The translations under genes and the position numbers were made by a program. A DNA stretch of 64,000 bases from the NCBI GenBank assembly GCA_964557555.1, contig CAZLBA010000004.1:7667-71666 (forward strand), written 5' to 3'. The notes under the pieces were generated by a model. The model saw nothing but the letters and a program-made list of their open reading frames with translations. It was not told where the DNA came from and did no database searches. The first letter of the stretch is position 1; every line of letters starts with the position of its first letter. Origin of the DNA: an uncultured Beijerinckia sp. (lineage in GTDB: Bacteria > Pseudomonadota > Alphaproteobacteria > Rhizobiales > Beijerinckiaceae). Below, piece by piece: positions 17,463 to 27,894 of the stretch.

Positions 17463-18491
17463 ATGAAAACCCTGATCAAATCCGCACTTGCTGCAACCTG
17501 CGCGCTCACATTCATCGCTGCGCCTGCTCATGCCCAATCGGCAGAGGATTTCTACAAGGGCAAGCAGATCACCATTTTGGTGGGTTTTACGACCGGCAAT
17601 GGCGCGGACTCCTATGCACGTCTCATCTCGCGCTGGCTGTCGAAATATATTCCCGGCAATCCGACCGTTGTTGTGCAGAACATGCCCGGCTCCGGCAGCC
17701 TTACCATGGCAAATTATCTCTACAATGTTGCTCCCAAGGATGGACTGACTTTCGGCATCTTCAATCGCAACATTCCGCTTGAACCCTTGATGGGCAATGC
17801 AGCAGCGAAATTTGATCCGTCGAAATTCAACTGGCTGGGAAGCACCAATGCAGAACCCAGCCTCTGCGTCTCCTGGAATGAATCAGGCATTCTGTCATTG
17901 GAGGATATGAAGCAGCGGCCCTTCACAGTGGCCGCAACGGGCATCAACGCCAATAGCGGCCTTGTGCCGACAATCCTCAATCGCGTGCTGGGCACCAAGA
18001 TCAAAATTGTTATGGGCTATCCTGGCGGCAACGAAATGAATCTGGCAATGGAACGGCGGGAGGTTGATGGTCGCTGCGGCTGGTCACGCAGCTCACTGAT
18101 GGCCTCCAAGGCCGATTGGGTCGCAAGCAAGAAAGTGTCCTTGCTCGTGCAGGCCGGCCTGCAAAAGAGTCCCCAGATGCAGGACATCCCGCTTGCCATG
18201 GATGGCGTGCGTTCCGAAAAGGATCGTCAGCTTCTCAAGCTGGCTGTTGCATGGGATGAAATGGCGTGGCCCTTCGCCTTGCCTCCGCAAGTGCCTGCAG
18301 AGCGCGTTGCGACCATGCGCACTGCCTTTGCAGCTGTACTGAAAGATCCTGAGTTGCGGATGCAGGCGCAAAAGGAAGGGCTTGATCTCGCCCTCGTTCA
18401 GCCCCAGCAGATTGAACACATTCTGAGCGACATTTACGCGACCCCAGCCGATGTCGTGGACACGATGAAAGACATCATGAAGGGCAAGTAA
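17463..18491 (+). CDS. Bug/TctC substrate-binding protein (long subtype)
   Basis: Signal peptide, FYKGKQ, IPGNPTVVVQNMPGSG. Confidence 0.88.
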   Translation: MKTLIKSALAATCALTFIAAPAHAQSAEDFYKGKQITILVGFTTGNGADSYARLISRWLSKYIPGNPTVVVQNMPGSGSLTMANYLYNVAPKDGLTFGIFNRNIPLEPLMGNAAAKFDPSKFNWLGSTNAEPSLCVSWNESGILSLEDMKQRPFTVAATGINANSGLVPTILNRVLGTKIKIVMGYPGGNEMNLAMERREVDGRCGWSRSSLMASKADWVASKKVSLLVQAGLQKSPQMQDIPLAMDGVRSEKDRQLLKLAVAWDEMAWPFALPPQVPAERVATMRTAFAAVLKDPELRMQAQKEGLDLALVQPQQIEHILSDIYATPADVVDTMKDIMKGK

Positions 18492-18550
18492 GGCTGCTTG
18501 ACACAAGCGGCTGAAGCGCGAACCATCCTCCCATCCAAAGGGGGGAAACC

Positions 18551-19540
18551 ATGGGCGCTTTTTTTCGCAATGTGAGCCGCGGCCTTCTCGTGCTCGGCTC
18601 GATGATCAGCCTGACCGTATCGCCGGGCCTGGCGCAGACATGGCCAGAGCGGCCAATCCACATCTTTGTGGCGCAGGGCGCTGGTGGCGGACAAGACTCC
18701 ATCATGCGCTATCTCGCAGACAAGCTGTCAACGCGCTTGCGCCAGTCGATCGTTATTGAAAATCGGCCGGGCGCAGGCGCGATCATCGGAACGCAAGCAG
18801 CCGCACGCGCGACGCCTGATGGCTATAATTTTGCAGTCACCTCGTCTGCCGCCATGGCCTCGAACCCGCATCTGGTCAAGGCACTTCCTTATGATCCGCT
18901 GAGAGACTTTGTGCCTGTTGCCTTGTTGTCGAAGCCGGGTTTCTTGTTTTCAGCTTCGAGCAAATTGCCGGCAAAGACCTTGCCCGAACTCATTGCTCTG
19001 GAAAAGAAAGAGCCCGGCCGCATTTCCGTTGCTATTGACGGGCTGCGCAATGCCAATGGACTTGCAGCGGCCTATCTCAACAAGGTTGCCGGTGTGAATA
19101 TGCGCCTTGTTCCCTATACGAGCCCAGCACAGGGAATGCAGGATGTCATCAATGGAAATGTTGATGTCTTTGTGGCTCCACCCGGCGTTCATATGCCGCA
19201 AATCGAAGCTGGAAAGCTGAACCCCATCGCTGTTACGGGCGGGCAACGCGAAGTTGCCTTGCCCAACACGCCGATGATTGGCGAATCCTATCCCGGCTTC
19301 ACCATGCTCGGCTGGTTGATGATCTCTGCGCCTGCCAATACGCCCAAACATGCGATTGCCGCGATGAATGCTGCCCTTGACGATGTGTTGAAAGATCCTG
19401 CCGTGATTGAATGGATGCTGAAATTCGGCTCACCCTCCAACCGTGGCGCCGGCAATCTTGCCGAACTTGAAAACTTCGTGCGCAGCGAAATCGAGTTATG
19501 GGGCAAGATCACCAAGACACTCGGCATGGAGCCGCAATAA
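18551..19540 (+). CDS. Bug/TctC substrate-binding protein
   Basis: WPERPI, IENRPGAG, PDGY. Confidence 0.9.
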   Translation: MGAFFRNVSRGLLVLGSMISLTVSPGLAQTWPERPIHIFVAQGAGGGQDSIMRYLADKLSTRLRQSIVIENRPGAGAIIGTQAAARATPDGYNFAVTSSAAMASNPHLVKALPYDPLRDFVPVALLSKPGFLFSASSKLPAKTLPELIALEKKEPGRISVAIDGLRNANGLAAAYLNKVAGVNMRLVPYTSPAQGMQDVINGNVDVFVAPPGVHMPQIEAGKLNPIAVTGGQREVALPNTPMIGESYPGFTMLGWLMISAPANTPKHAIAAMNAALDDVLKDPAVIEWMLKFGSPSNRGAGNLAELENFVRSEIELWGKITKTLGMEPQ

Positions 19541-20035
19541 TCAGCGTTGCCGCCAGAGCACCTTGGGGCGGATCTTCTCCCACAGATTGCTGTAAACAAT
19601 CTGCAGCTCCGTCTCGATGCGCGCCCCACTGTGCAGAAGGTCTCGCCAGAGCGAGACCTTTTCTGCATCGGGCTCGGTCGCATTCACCGGACCAATCGCA
19701 ACACTGCGGCAAATGTCTTTGCGCTTCGATGCGCAAATGATGTCGAGCACGCCCTTTGTTCCAAGGCGATCATCCTTCAGGAATATGCGCGGCTCGCAAT
19801 AAGCATAAGCGACAAGCGCTTCCTTGCGGCAAAGCCAAAGGCAGAATTCCCGCCGCTGGGCCGGCTCAAAATAGGAGGATGGAACTTCAAAGATGAACTG
19901 CTTTTGCTGCCCCGTCACACCGGAAAAACGGATGGCATAATCTCCACCAGGCAGAAGTGCCTGCGTATAGAGATGCTCGAATTCGACCGCGAGGCGATCT
20001 GCGAGGTCGATATTGTCAGCCGCTGCTATGCCCAT
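19541..20035 (-). CDS. Hypothetical protein
   Basis: 164-aa ORF that fills the gap exactly and is co-oriented with the upstream minus-strand operon; no motif recognised. Confidence 0.55.
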   Translation of the reverse strand: MGIAAADNIDLADRLAVEFEHLYTQALLPGGDYAIRFSGVTGQQKQFIFEVPSSYFEPAQRREFCLWLCRKEALVAYAYCEPRIFLKDDRLGTKGVLDIICASKRKDICRSVAIGPVNATEPDAEKVSLWRDLLHSGARIETELQIVYSNLWEKIRPKVLWRQR

Positions 20036-20107
20036 GACGCGCTCGCGAGTGCATGTTATGCCATTGCTCGCGGCAATCCTTTAAGAACATGTTAACTCGG
20101 CCAACGA

Positions 20108-21064
20108 CTAGCGGGCTTCGCGATTGATCATGTCATCCGGGCGACCAGCCATGAAAGCCCGCAAATTATGGGCGATCTGATCAATCGTATCCTCCGGATA
20201 GGTATCATAGAAGCCCCCAAGATGGGGCGTAATGATCAGATTGGGCGCATCCCAAAGCGGATCATTTGCTGGCATCGGCTCATTTTGCACCGTATCCAGC
20301 GCCGCACCCCCAATTTGACCGGACTTCAGCGCCTCAATCAGGGCAGGCTCATCAATGATGCCGCCACGCGCGATGTTAACGATATAGGCGCCCCGTTTCA
20401 TTGCATTCAAGACAGGCGCATTGATGATCTTCTTTGTCGTCTCATCGAGCGGAATGAGGAGAACAAGAAAATCGAGCGTTGCCACTGCCTTTTGCAAATC
20501 ATCGCGCGGCGCCCATTCATCAAAGCCCGGCAGGTCGCGCGCTGTGCGCGAGATTCCCACAACATGCATGTTGAGCGCCTTTAATCGCGGCGCAAGCGCT
20601 TCAGCGATTAAGCCCACGCCCAGAATACCGACCCGCCTGCCTTGCAGGATCTTGGCCCGAAAGCGATCCCAGCGGTGCTCATCACGCGCGCGCACAGAGC
20701 GTGGGAAATCACGCGCAAGAGCCAACATGTGCAAGATGGCGATCTCAGATAAGGGTGCACCATGAACGCCACGGGTTGATGTCACCACAACGTCACGCGC
20801 AAGGCCCGCGCGATCCGTAATTCCATCGACACCTGTACCAAAGGCATGGACCCATTTCAGCTTGCGTGCATCCACAAAGATATCTTCCTTTACGGCCACG
20901 CCGAAGGCCATGAAGATATCAGCATCGACAATGTCACGGCGGGCATCAGCAACAGTTGCAACTGTCTTCACCGACACATCGGGAAAGCGTTCTCGAATGA
21001 GATTTTCATAGGAGTGACGGATAGACGGCTCCCAAGGGAGCAAGATGAGAATGGAAAGAGACAT
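20108..21064 (-). CDS. D-2-hydroxyacid dehydrogenase family protein
   Basis: GILGVGLIA, VNIARG, AALDT...EP, ITPHLGG. Confidence 0.93.
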   Translation of the reverse strand: MSLSILILLPWEPSIRHSYENLIRERFPDVSVKTVATVADARRDIVDADIFMAFGVAVKEDIFVDARKLKWVHAFGTGVDGITDRAGLARDVVVTSTRGVHGAPLSEIAILHMLALARDFPRSVRARDEHRWDRFRAKILQGRRVGILGVGLIAEALAPRLKALNMHVVGISRTARDLPGFDEWAPRDDLQKAVATLDFLVLLIPLDETTKKIINAPVLNAMKRGAYIVNIARGGIIDEPALIEALKSGQIGGAALDTVQNEPMPANDPLWDAPNLIITPHLGGFYDTYPEDTIDQIAHNLRAFMAGRPDDMINREAR

Positions 21065-21112
21065 GCCAGATACTCAGGTGGAGCGCCCCGCCAAAAGCGG
21101 GGCTTGCATCAG

Positions 21113-21988
21113 TCACAATTTGGGAAAGCCCAGACATTCAGCTGGATTATCGACCAACACCCGATCGCGGATCTTTTCATCAGGGATCCAGTCGAGCAGC
21201 TGGTCCAGCAAGGCGACGTCATTGGGCATCGGCTTGAAATATTGAGGATGCGGCCAGTCCGTGCCCCACATCAGCCGCTCTGGCGCATGTTGCACCATTT
21301 TCTTCACGAAAGGATCCATGTCGGAGAAGGGAAAGTTCTCCTGCTTCGATGGGCGCGGTGACAGTTTCACCCAGCAACGGCCTGTATCGAGACAATCAAG
21401 AACAAACTTGAATCCCTTGCTGTCGAGGCCCTTGGAAGGATCAATGCCTCCCGAATGCTCAAGCACGAATTTACCGGGCGATTTGAGGATCAGGGGTAAC
21501 CAATCCGGCTGTTCCTCCGGCTTCACAAGATAATGCATCTGCCAGCCAAATTCATGGCATCTGGCGATCAGGCGCGTATCCATTTCCTTCGACAGGCGCC
21601 ATGTCACGCGATAGCCAACAACGCCATTATCGGTGAGAATTTGCAGCTCATTGTCGGTGATACCCGACCACGGGATGACGACCGCGCGCAAACGATCTGG
21701 AAAACGCGATTGCGCATGAAGAACGAGATCATAATTGTTCTCATACATCATCGACTGCACATGCAATCCGCGCTGAAACCCCAAGGCATCCTGCAGCTTC
21801 AGCCAATCTTCAATAGGTGTATCTTCGAATTCGAGATGCGAGAAACAGTGATTAGGCTTGAGCGGAAAAAGCTTCTGCGGACCAATGAAGTGGAAATGCG
21901 TATCACAGGCTCCGGGCGGAACTTTCAGCTTCGGCTTGGGATAGTTGCGATCAATGACGGGTGAGAGCGGACGCTTCGTTTCAGTCAT
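21113..21988 (-). CDS. Amidohydrolase family lactonase (LigI/COG3618-like)
   Basis: ACDTHFH, WVKLS, MWGTDWPHP, VDNPA; ATGA overlap with the upstream Bug gene. Confidence 0.88.
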   Translation of the reverse strand: MTETKRPLSPVIDRNYPKPKLKVPPGACDTHFHFIGPQKLFPLKPNHCFSHLEFEDTPIEDWLKLQDALGFQRGLHVQSMMYENNYDLVLHAQSRFPDRLRAVVIPWSGITDNELQILTDNGVVGYRVTWRLSKEMDTRLIARCHEFGWQMHYLVKPEEQPDWLPLILKSPGKFVLEHSGGIDPSKGLDSKGFKFVLDCLDTGRCWVKLSPRPSKQENFPFSDMDPFVKKMVQHAPERLMWGTDWPHPQYFKPMPNDVALLDQLLDWIPDEKIRDRVLVDNPAECLGFPKL

Positions 21989-22956
21989 GGAACCACCTTG
22001 ATATTGGCATCTTTCATCACCGCAAACCATTTCGCATAGTCTGCTTCCAGATAGGCACGGAATTGTTCGGGCGTATTGCCTCGCGCCTGCGAGCCCAAAG
22101 CTTCGAGCTTCTCGCGCGCCATCGGCGTTGCCAGTGCTGCCCGCGTCGCCTCACTCAATCGGGCAACGATATGATCGGGCGTATCCTTTGGTACAAAGAG
22201 TCCGTTCCAAGTTTCACCCTTCACGTCGGGAAAACCGAGTTCGGCCATGGTGGGCACGTCAGGGATGGCCGATGAGCGCTCAGGCCCCAACACGGCAAGC
22301 GCGCGGAGCTTTCCGGCCTGTATATGGCCGAGCGTTTCGACAAGTTGTTGCAGGCCCATATCCACGTGGCCTGCCACAAGATCATTCACAGCAGGCGCAT
22401 TTCCGCGATAGGCAACCTCAGTCCATGTGATGCCTGCCTTGAGACGGAACAACTCACCCATGAAGTGATTGATACTCGCACCACCTGAATTGCCGAGTGT
22501 CAGCCGACCCGGAGATTGCTTCGCATAAGCGACAAGTTCGGGAATCGTCTTGACAGGCAGGCTTGTGCGCACCGTCAAAACATTCGTCGCTACAGATACC
22601 ATGCTGACGGGCTTGAAAACCTGATCCCATTTATATGGTGGCTTCGCCATCGTCATCGGTCCCAACATGACATTGCCATTGGACCCTATGAAGACCGTAT
22701 AACCATCGGGGGCAGACTTGGCCACATATTCGCCAGCGATGATTCCGCCAGCCCCTGCGCGATTTTCAACGATGATCGGCTGACCCAGCGAATTGCCGAT
22801 GGCTGCTTGCAAGATGCGAGCAGCCGTATCCACATTGCCGCCTGCAGCATAAGGCACAACGATTGTGATCGGACGCGCTGGATAAGTTTGCGCCATGGCT
22901 GATCCGGTTGCAACGAACGCAGCCCAAGCAAATGCCATAACGGCTTTTAATCTCAT
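21985..22956 (-). CDS. Bug/TctC substrate-binding protein
   Basis: YPARPITIVVPYAAGGNVD, VENRAGAGG. Confidence 0.93.
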   Translation of the reverse strand: MRLKAVMAFAWAAFVATGSAMAQTYPARPITIVVPYAAGGNVDTAARILQAAIGNSLGQPIIVENRAGAGGIIAGEYVAKSAPDGYTVFIGSNGNVMLGPMTMAKPPYKWDQVFKPVSMVSVATNVLTVRTSLPVKTIPELVAYAKQSPGRLTLGNSGGASINHFMGELFRLKAGITWTEVAYRGNAPAVNDLVAGHVDMGLQQLVETLGHIQAGKLRALAVLGPERSSAIPDVPTMAELGFPDVKGETWNGLFVPKDTPDHIVARLSEATRAALATPMAREKLEALGSQARGNTPEQFRAYLEADYAKWFAVMKDANIKVVP

Positions 22957-23043
22957 GATCGCCTCCCCCCTGAGACCGTTTCTTTTCAGCACAAAAACAG
23001 AAGCTTGGCCAGAGCCCCGCGTGAAACGCGCGGCTATGGCGGC

Positions 23044-24675
23044 TCACTTTCTGTCGCGCAAGGCACGACGGTCGATCTTCATCAGGGTTGTTCGCGGCAA
23101 GGCGTCGATGAAGACAATGTCTTCGGGAACTTTGTAGCCGCCCAGCGGGCGCACTTGCGCGCACAAGTCCTGCTTCAATGCATCTGTGGCCTCAACGCCC
23201 TTCTTCAACACGACATAAGCGCGCGGTTTTGTAAAACCATCCTTGTCATCGAAAGAAACGACGGCTGCTTCCAAAACGCAATCATGAGCCGTAATCGCTG
23301 CCTCAATTTCAATGGGGGAAACCCAAAGCCCTTTCACCTTGAAGACATCGCTCTCTCGGCTGTTGAACCAGAAGAAGCCATCTTCATCAAACATCAGGCT
23401 ATCGCCTGTGCGAGTCCAGGCGCCCATGAAAGTTTCGCGCGACTTGTCATATTTGCGCCAGTAGAAGAAACAGGCCGTGCGGCTTTTGATCCAGGCCTCG
23501 CCCGGCACATTGGGCTCAGTGATGTCTTCACCATCTGCGCTGACCAGCCGAACCTCAACACCGAAGATGGGCTTGCCCAGACTTCCCGACTTGTTCTCTT
23601 CCTTGCGATTAGCAATCCATTCATAAGTAATTTCAGAACTGCCAATGGAGTCAAAAATCTCCACACCGAAAGCCGCCTTGAAACTGCCAAACACTTCCGG
23701 CGGAATCTTCTCCGAGGCGCTAGCCACAAAATTCACACTCGACAGATCAATAGGCTGTGGCGACATACGATGATATTCGAGCATGTTTTTGATGATGGTC
23801 GGCACGGTGATGAACTTCGTGACCTTCCATTTTTGCAAGACTTCGCAGACGACTTCGGCACTTGGCGCGCGACGATCAATGATGACGGTGGCACCCATGC
23901 TCAAGGGAATATGCATCCCCGGCCAGATTCCATGCGTGAAATATTTGCGCGATGTCGCATAGACGACATCTTCCGGCACATAGCTCCAGAACTTGCCGTG
24001 ACGTGCGGGAACAAGAAAGAAATCATAGGCCAGATGCGTAATGCCCTTGGCCGTTCCCGTCGTGCCGCCCGAATAGAACATATAGCAGATATCGTCTGAA
24101 TGACGTTTCCAGCCGGAACAGGTCTTGTCGCCCTTTGCAACAATGTCGGAGAGCGACATCACTGCCACCTTGCCATGCGGGAGGCTACGAGCCTCACCAC
24201 GTATGATCACGCGCTGCAGACTGGGCGGAAGCTCCTGCGCGATTTCGGCAAGCTTGTCGAATTGCTCTTCATCAATATAGAGCGTTGCCGCGCCCGTATC
24301 CGAAATGAAGTAGCCGAGATCTTTCGCTTTATAAAGATCGGATACGACAGCGGGGATGGCGCCAATATGGACGCAGGCATACCAGACTTGCACATAATCC
24401 AAACTGTCAGTGGCAAAGAGCAAGACGCGCTCGCCGGGCACAATGCCTGCCTTTTGCAAGGCTGAACCCGTGGTCAATATGCCCTGCATCAATTGCGCAT
24501 AAGAGACCGATTTTCCATCTGCGACCACCGCGACACGCTCTGGCGTCTGCGCGCAATGGCGCGCGAGCAGAACCTCAACCGGGTTGAACCATTCCGGATA
24601 TTCCGGATCCTTCCAGGCACGCCAATCCTTGGAGTAAATCAGATGATCATAGCTCGTTGACTTGCGGTCCAGCAT
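23044..24675 (-). CDS. Aryl-CoA ligase (benzoate-CoA ligase family)
   Basis: YSGGTTGTAKG P-loop, IGSSE, TRTGD, KVKGLWVSPIEIE, LPRTTLMKI. Confidence 0.88.
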   Translation of the reverse strand: MLDRKSTSYDHLIYSKDWRAWKDPEYPEWFNPVEVLLARHCAQTPERVAVVADGKSVSYAQLMQGILTTGSALQKAGIVPGERVLLFATDSLDYVQVWYACVHIGAIPAVVSDLYKAKDLGYFISDTGAATLYIDEEQFDKLAEIAQELPPSLQRVIIRGEARSLPHGKVAVMSLSDIVAKGDKTCSGWKRHSDDICYMFYSGGTTGTAKGITHLAYDFFLVPARHGKFWSYVPEDVVYATSRKYFTHGIWPGMHIPLSMGATVIIDRRAPSAEVVCEVLQKWKVTKFITVPTIIKNMLEYHRMSPQPIDLSSVNFVASASEKIPPEVFGSFKAAFGVEIFDSIGSSEITYEWIANRKEENKSGSLGKPIFGVEVRLVSADGEDITEPNVPGEAWIKSRTACFFYWRKYDKSRETFMGAWTRTGDSLMFDEDGFFWFNSRESDVFKVKGLWVSPIEIEAAITAHDCVLEAAVVSFDDKDGFTKPRAYVVLKKGVEATDALKQDLCAQVRPLGGYKVPEDIVFIDALPRTTLMKIDRRALRDRK

Positions 24676-24759
24676 GGGCGCGCTTCTCCCCTTTCCATTG
24701 CGTCAAAACTAGACGGTCAAAAATGAAAAGTACAGAAAGGACACGCACGAACTCAGCTT

Positions 24760-26712
24760 CTAGGCGATGGCCTTGTCGGCTGCCTTGCGACGCAACACAA
24801 GGAACAGGGCAACCGCAAGCAGACCGCCCGCGGCCTGCCCCATCGCATTGGGCCAGAGCATGAGCCCCAGCGCCCCGATGAGGATCACCTGCTCAATCAC
24901 GCCGAGCCGCTGACGGATCACATGACCGTGCAAGATCAGCGCTGCCGCAAAGACCAGCGCAAAGCCTACCAGCGTATGCCAGATGATCTCGGCCCAGCCG
25001 CCCTGCAACATGATCCCAGGGTTGAACAAAAAGAAGAAGGGCAGCAGAAAACCACCCACGGCCAGCTTACAGGCGTAGACGCTGAGCTTGCCAGGATTAG
25101 CCCCAGCAATGGCGGCTGCAGCGAAATTGGCAACAGCCACGGGCGGCGTTATGGCCGAGAGACAAGCATAAAAGAGCAGGAACATATGCACGGGGATGAC
25201 CGGCAACTGAAACTTTCCAATGAGCACCGGCGCCAGCAGTGCAACGCCCATGATGTAAACACCTGTGGTGGGCATCCCCAACCCCAAAAGGATGAGGATA
25301 ATTCCTGCAAGGATGAGTGTTGTGATCAGATAGCCGCCCGAAAGCTGAAACATCAGCAGCGTGAATTTACCGGACAGCCCGGTCAGCTCGATGCAACCAA
25401 TCACCAGACCAGCAGCGGCAACAGAGCTTGCAAGCGGAACAGAACTCAAGCAGGTATCAACACAGGCCGCGACGAATTTCCTTGGGCCGATGCGCTTGCT
25501 TGCATCAGCAAACCAGCTTGCGATAATCACAGATACAACAGAACCTGCGGCGACATAGGCAGCTGAATAGCCCTGCACCAAAAGCCAAATGAGAACGATA
25601 ATTGGCAAAACGCTTGACCAGTTGCGTTGAAGAGCGACCTTCAAGCCGACAATCTGCGACTCTTCCAAAGGCGCCAGATTGCGTCGCTCTGCCTCAAAAT
25701 GCACAAAGCAATAAATGCCAAAATAATAGCCCAGCGCTGGCAGCGTCGCATAAAGGCAAACCAGCGCATAGGACACACCCGTAAAATCCGCCATCATGAA
25801 GGCCACCGCGCCCATGACCGGCGGCAACATGGAGCCGCCCGTTGATGAAGCAGCTTCAATTGCAGCAGCGCGCTCCGCTGGAATGCCAATCTTCTTCATG
25901 ATCGGAATACTGACCGGCCCTGTCGTTGCAACATCTGCAACCGGACTACCGGAGATGGAGCCATAAAGGCCGCTTGATAAAACGCAGGCTTTTGCGGGCC
26001 CGCCTGCCATACGCCCCGTCAAAGCCGCGCCTAAATCGAAGAAGAGCTGTCCACCGCCGCTAATGACGTAAAAATTGCCAAAAAGCACGAAGAGAAAAGC
26101 ATAGCTCGCCGCGACATAAAGCGGTGAGCCGAAGATGCCATCCGTTCCGATCAGCTGCATTTCAATGAAATAGTCGTAGGTGATTCCGGGGTGTCGGAAA
26201 GGTCCCGTCAACATGTGCCCGAAAGCGGAATAGGCCAGCAGCACAAAAATAACGCTGGTTAGTCCCCAGCCAACCGTACGCCGACAGACTTCAATCGTCG
26301 CCAGAATGAGGATTGTGCCGGCTATCGCATCTGCGCGCTCAACTTCCGAAAAGCCGGACATCCATTCAGCATAACGCGCACCATTCAAGGCCATATAGAT
26401 GGCCGCTCCGCAACTCACCGCACCGAGCAACCAGTCCCAGATGGTCAAATATTCAATGCGGCCATGCAAGGTCGTGGTGAGGAAACACACCGGCAGCAAC
26501 AGAACGAGAAAGACCGCAATCTGAAAATGCTGCGGCGCATGTGCAAAAAGAGCGAAATAGGAGATGATCAAAGTGGCAATGACAGACAGAACTGCCACGA
26601 AAACCCCGATACCCCCCTCTGGCCTTATCCGTCGTGTCTCATCAATTGATTCGATGATCCACGTCACAAGACCAGCAGGGGACTTGCGGGTGAGCTGCAA
26701 TTGATCCGTCAT
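24760..26712 (-). CDS. TAXI-TRAP fused 4TM/12TM permease
   Basis: GGPAKACV, GSISGS, AIEAASSTGG...PPVMGAVAF, GMPTT, ITPPVA. Confidence 0.93.
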   Translation of the reverse strand: MTDQLQLTRKSPAGLVTWIIESIDETRRIRPEGGIGVFVAVLSVIATLIISYFALFAHAPQHFQIAVFLVLLLPVCFLTTTLHGRIEYLTIWDWLLGAVSCGAAIYMALNGARYAEWMSGFSEVERADAIAGTILILATIEVCRRTVGWGLTSVIFVLLAYSAFGHMLTGPFRHPGITYDYFIEMQLIGTDGIFGSPLYVAASYAFLFVLFGNFYVISGGGQLFFDLGAALTGRMAGGPAKACVLSSGLYGSISGSPVADVATTGPVSIPIMKKIGIPAERAAAIEAASSTGGSMLPPVMGAVAFMMADFTGVSYALVCLYATLPALGYYFGIYCFVHFEAERRNLAPLEESQIVGLKVALQRNWSSVLPIIVLIWLLVQGYSAAYVAAGSVVSVIIASWFADASKRIGPRKFVAACVDTCLSSVPLASSVAAAGLVIGCIELTGLSGKFTLLMFQLSGGYLITTLILAGIILILLGLGMPTTGVYIMGVALLAPVLIGKFQLPVIPVHMFLLFYACLSAITPPVAVANFAAAAIAGANPGKLSVYACKLAVGGFLLPFFFLFNPGIMLQGGWAEIIWHTLVGFALVFAAALILHGHVIRQRLGVIEQVILIGALGLMLWPNAMGQAAGGLLAVALFLVLRRKAADKAIA

Positions 26713-26727
26713 GCGCCGCTGCCCTGT

Positions 26728-27768
26728 TTACTTCACGAGCCCGGCTTCTTTGTAATAGCGCAAGGCACCGGGATGCGTGCTGATCTGCGTTGTATTGCGC
26801 GCAGCCTCGGCGGGGGTGAAGGATGCGAGCGAGGGATGGATGGCCCGCACACGGTCCCGATTTTCCATCAGCGCCTTGGTGAATTTATAGACGGTCTCTT
26901 CGGAAACATGGTCACCCGCAACAATGGCATTCCAGATCACCACCGTCGTCTCATCCTTGGTCACGAAAGGATAGGCCCCGGCCGGCACCTTGATGGTGCG
27001 CAAGCCCCATTTGGCCGCCTCTGCAGCAAGCTTGTCGGCATCTGCTGAAATCCACTGCAAGGCGCGTCCCCGCGCAAGGTCGGTCACTTCAGCTGTCGGC
27101 AGAAACCCGCCATTGATGAAGACATCGACCTTGCCGTCGCGCAATGCATCAAACCCCGTCGCAGAATTACCGCGGATCATATTGCGACCATTATCCGTGA
27201 CTTCGCCCTCCCTGATACCAAAGGCATTGAACATGGTCTGATACATGGTCACCGTCGATTGCAAATTGGCTGCCAGATTGACGGTCAGACGCATGGGCGG
27301 CTTTTTGGCGGCAATGTCAGCGAAAGACGCGACGCCGTTTTTATCGGCCCATTCCTTCGTCATCAGATTATGCACGACCAGCCCTTCATGCAGCATCATG
27401 ACGAAATGAAACTTGCCTTTCAGCGGCTCCTTGAAAGGAGCCCGTCCTTCATTCGCATAGGCGATTTCAACAGGCGACGCGTTGAAAGCGAAATCTGATT
27501 TGCCGGTACCGATATTCAAAATGCCGCCAGCCGGAGAGCCGGGCTTATAGGTCGCATCAGTGCCCGGATAGGCTTCTCGAACAATGCCATTCAACGATTC
27601 GGTCACGACTTTGAAATAGCCTGTCGCAGTGGCACCATCGACCGAGAAGCTGATGGGGTTTTTGTTGTTGAAGGCCGGCCCCGCGCCGGAAGATGAGGCA
27701 GATTGCTGGGCTTTGGCAGGCAGCGCGAAAACCAGAACAAGTGGAAGAAATGCAGCAGTCAGGCGCAT
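26728..27768 (-). CDS. TAXI family TRAP substrate-binding protein
   Basis: Signal peptide, C-terminal HPGALRYYKEAG; adjacent to the fused permease. Confidence 0.9.
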   Translation of the reverse strand: MRLTAAFLPLVLVFALPAKAQQSASSSGAGPAFNNKNPISFSVDGATATGYFKVVTESLNGIVREAYPGTDATYKPGSPAGGILNIGTGKSDFAFNASPVEIAYANEGRAPFKEPLKGKFHFVMMLHEGLVVHNLMTKEWADKNGVASFADIAAKKPPMRLTVNLAANLQSTVTMYQTMFNAFGIREGEVTDNGRNMIRGNSATGFDALRDGKVDVFINGGFLPTAEVTDLARGRALQWISADADKLAAEAAKWGLRTIKVPAGAYPFVTKDETTVVIWNAIVAGDHVSEETVYKFTKALMENRDRVRAIHPSLASFTPAEAARNTTQISTHPGALRYYKEAGLVK

Positions 27769-27894
27769 GGCCGTCCCTCCCAAATTGTTTGACGCGCCCA
27801 TCCTGCCACCCTCATTTGCGCTGGTCAAAGCTTGGTTTTGGCCTTGAATCCCTTGCGCCCAGACCTAGCTGAACGGTGTGGAGGCCGCTGCCTG

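Noticed and set aside
19547-20095. 182-aa plus-strand alternative ORF
   Set aside because: Arg-rich shadow-like composition; the minus-strand ORF fits operon orientation better, though neither is proven.
23005-24099. 364-aa plus-strand ORF
   Set aside because: Antisense shadow of the CoA ligase; typical of GC-rich codon bias.
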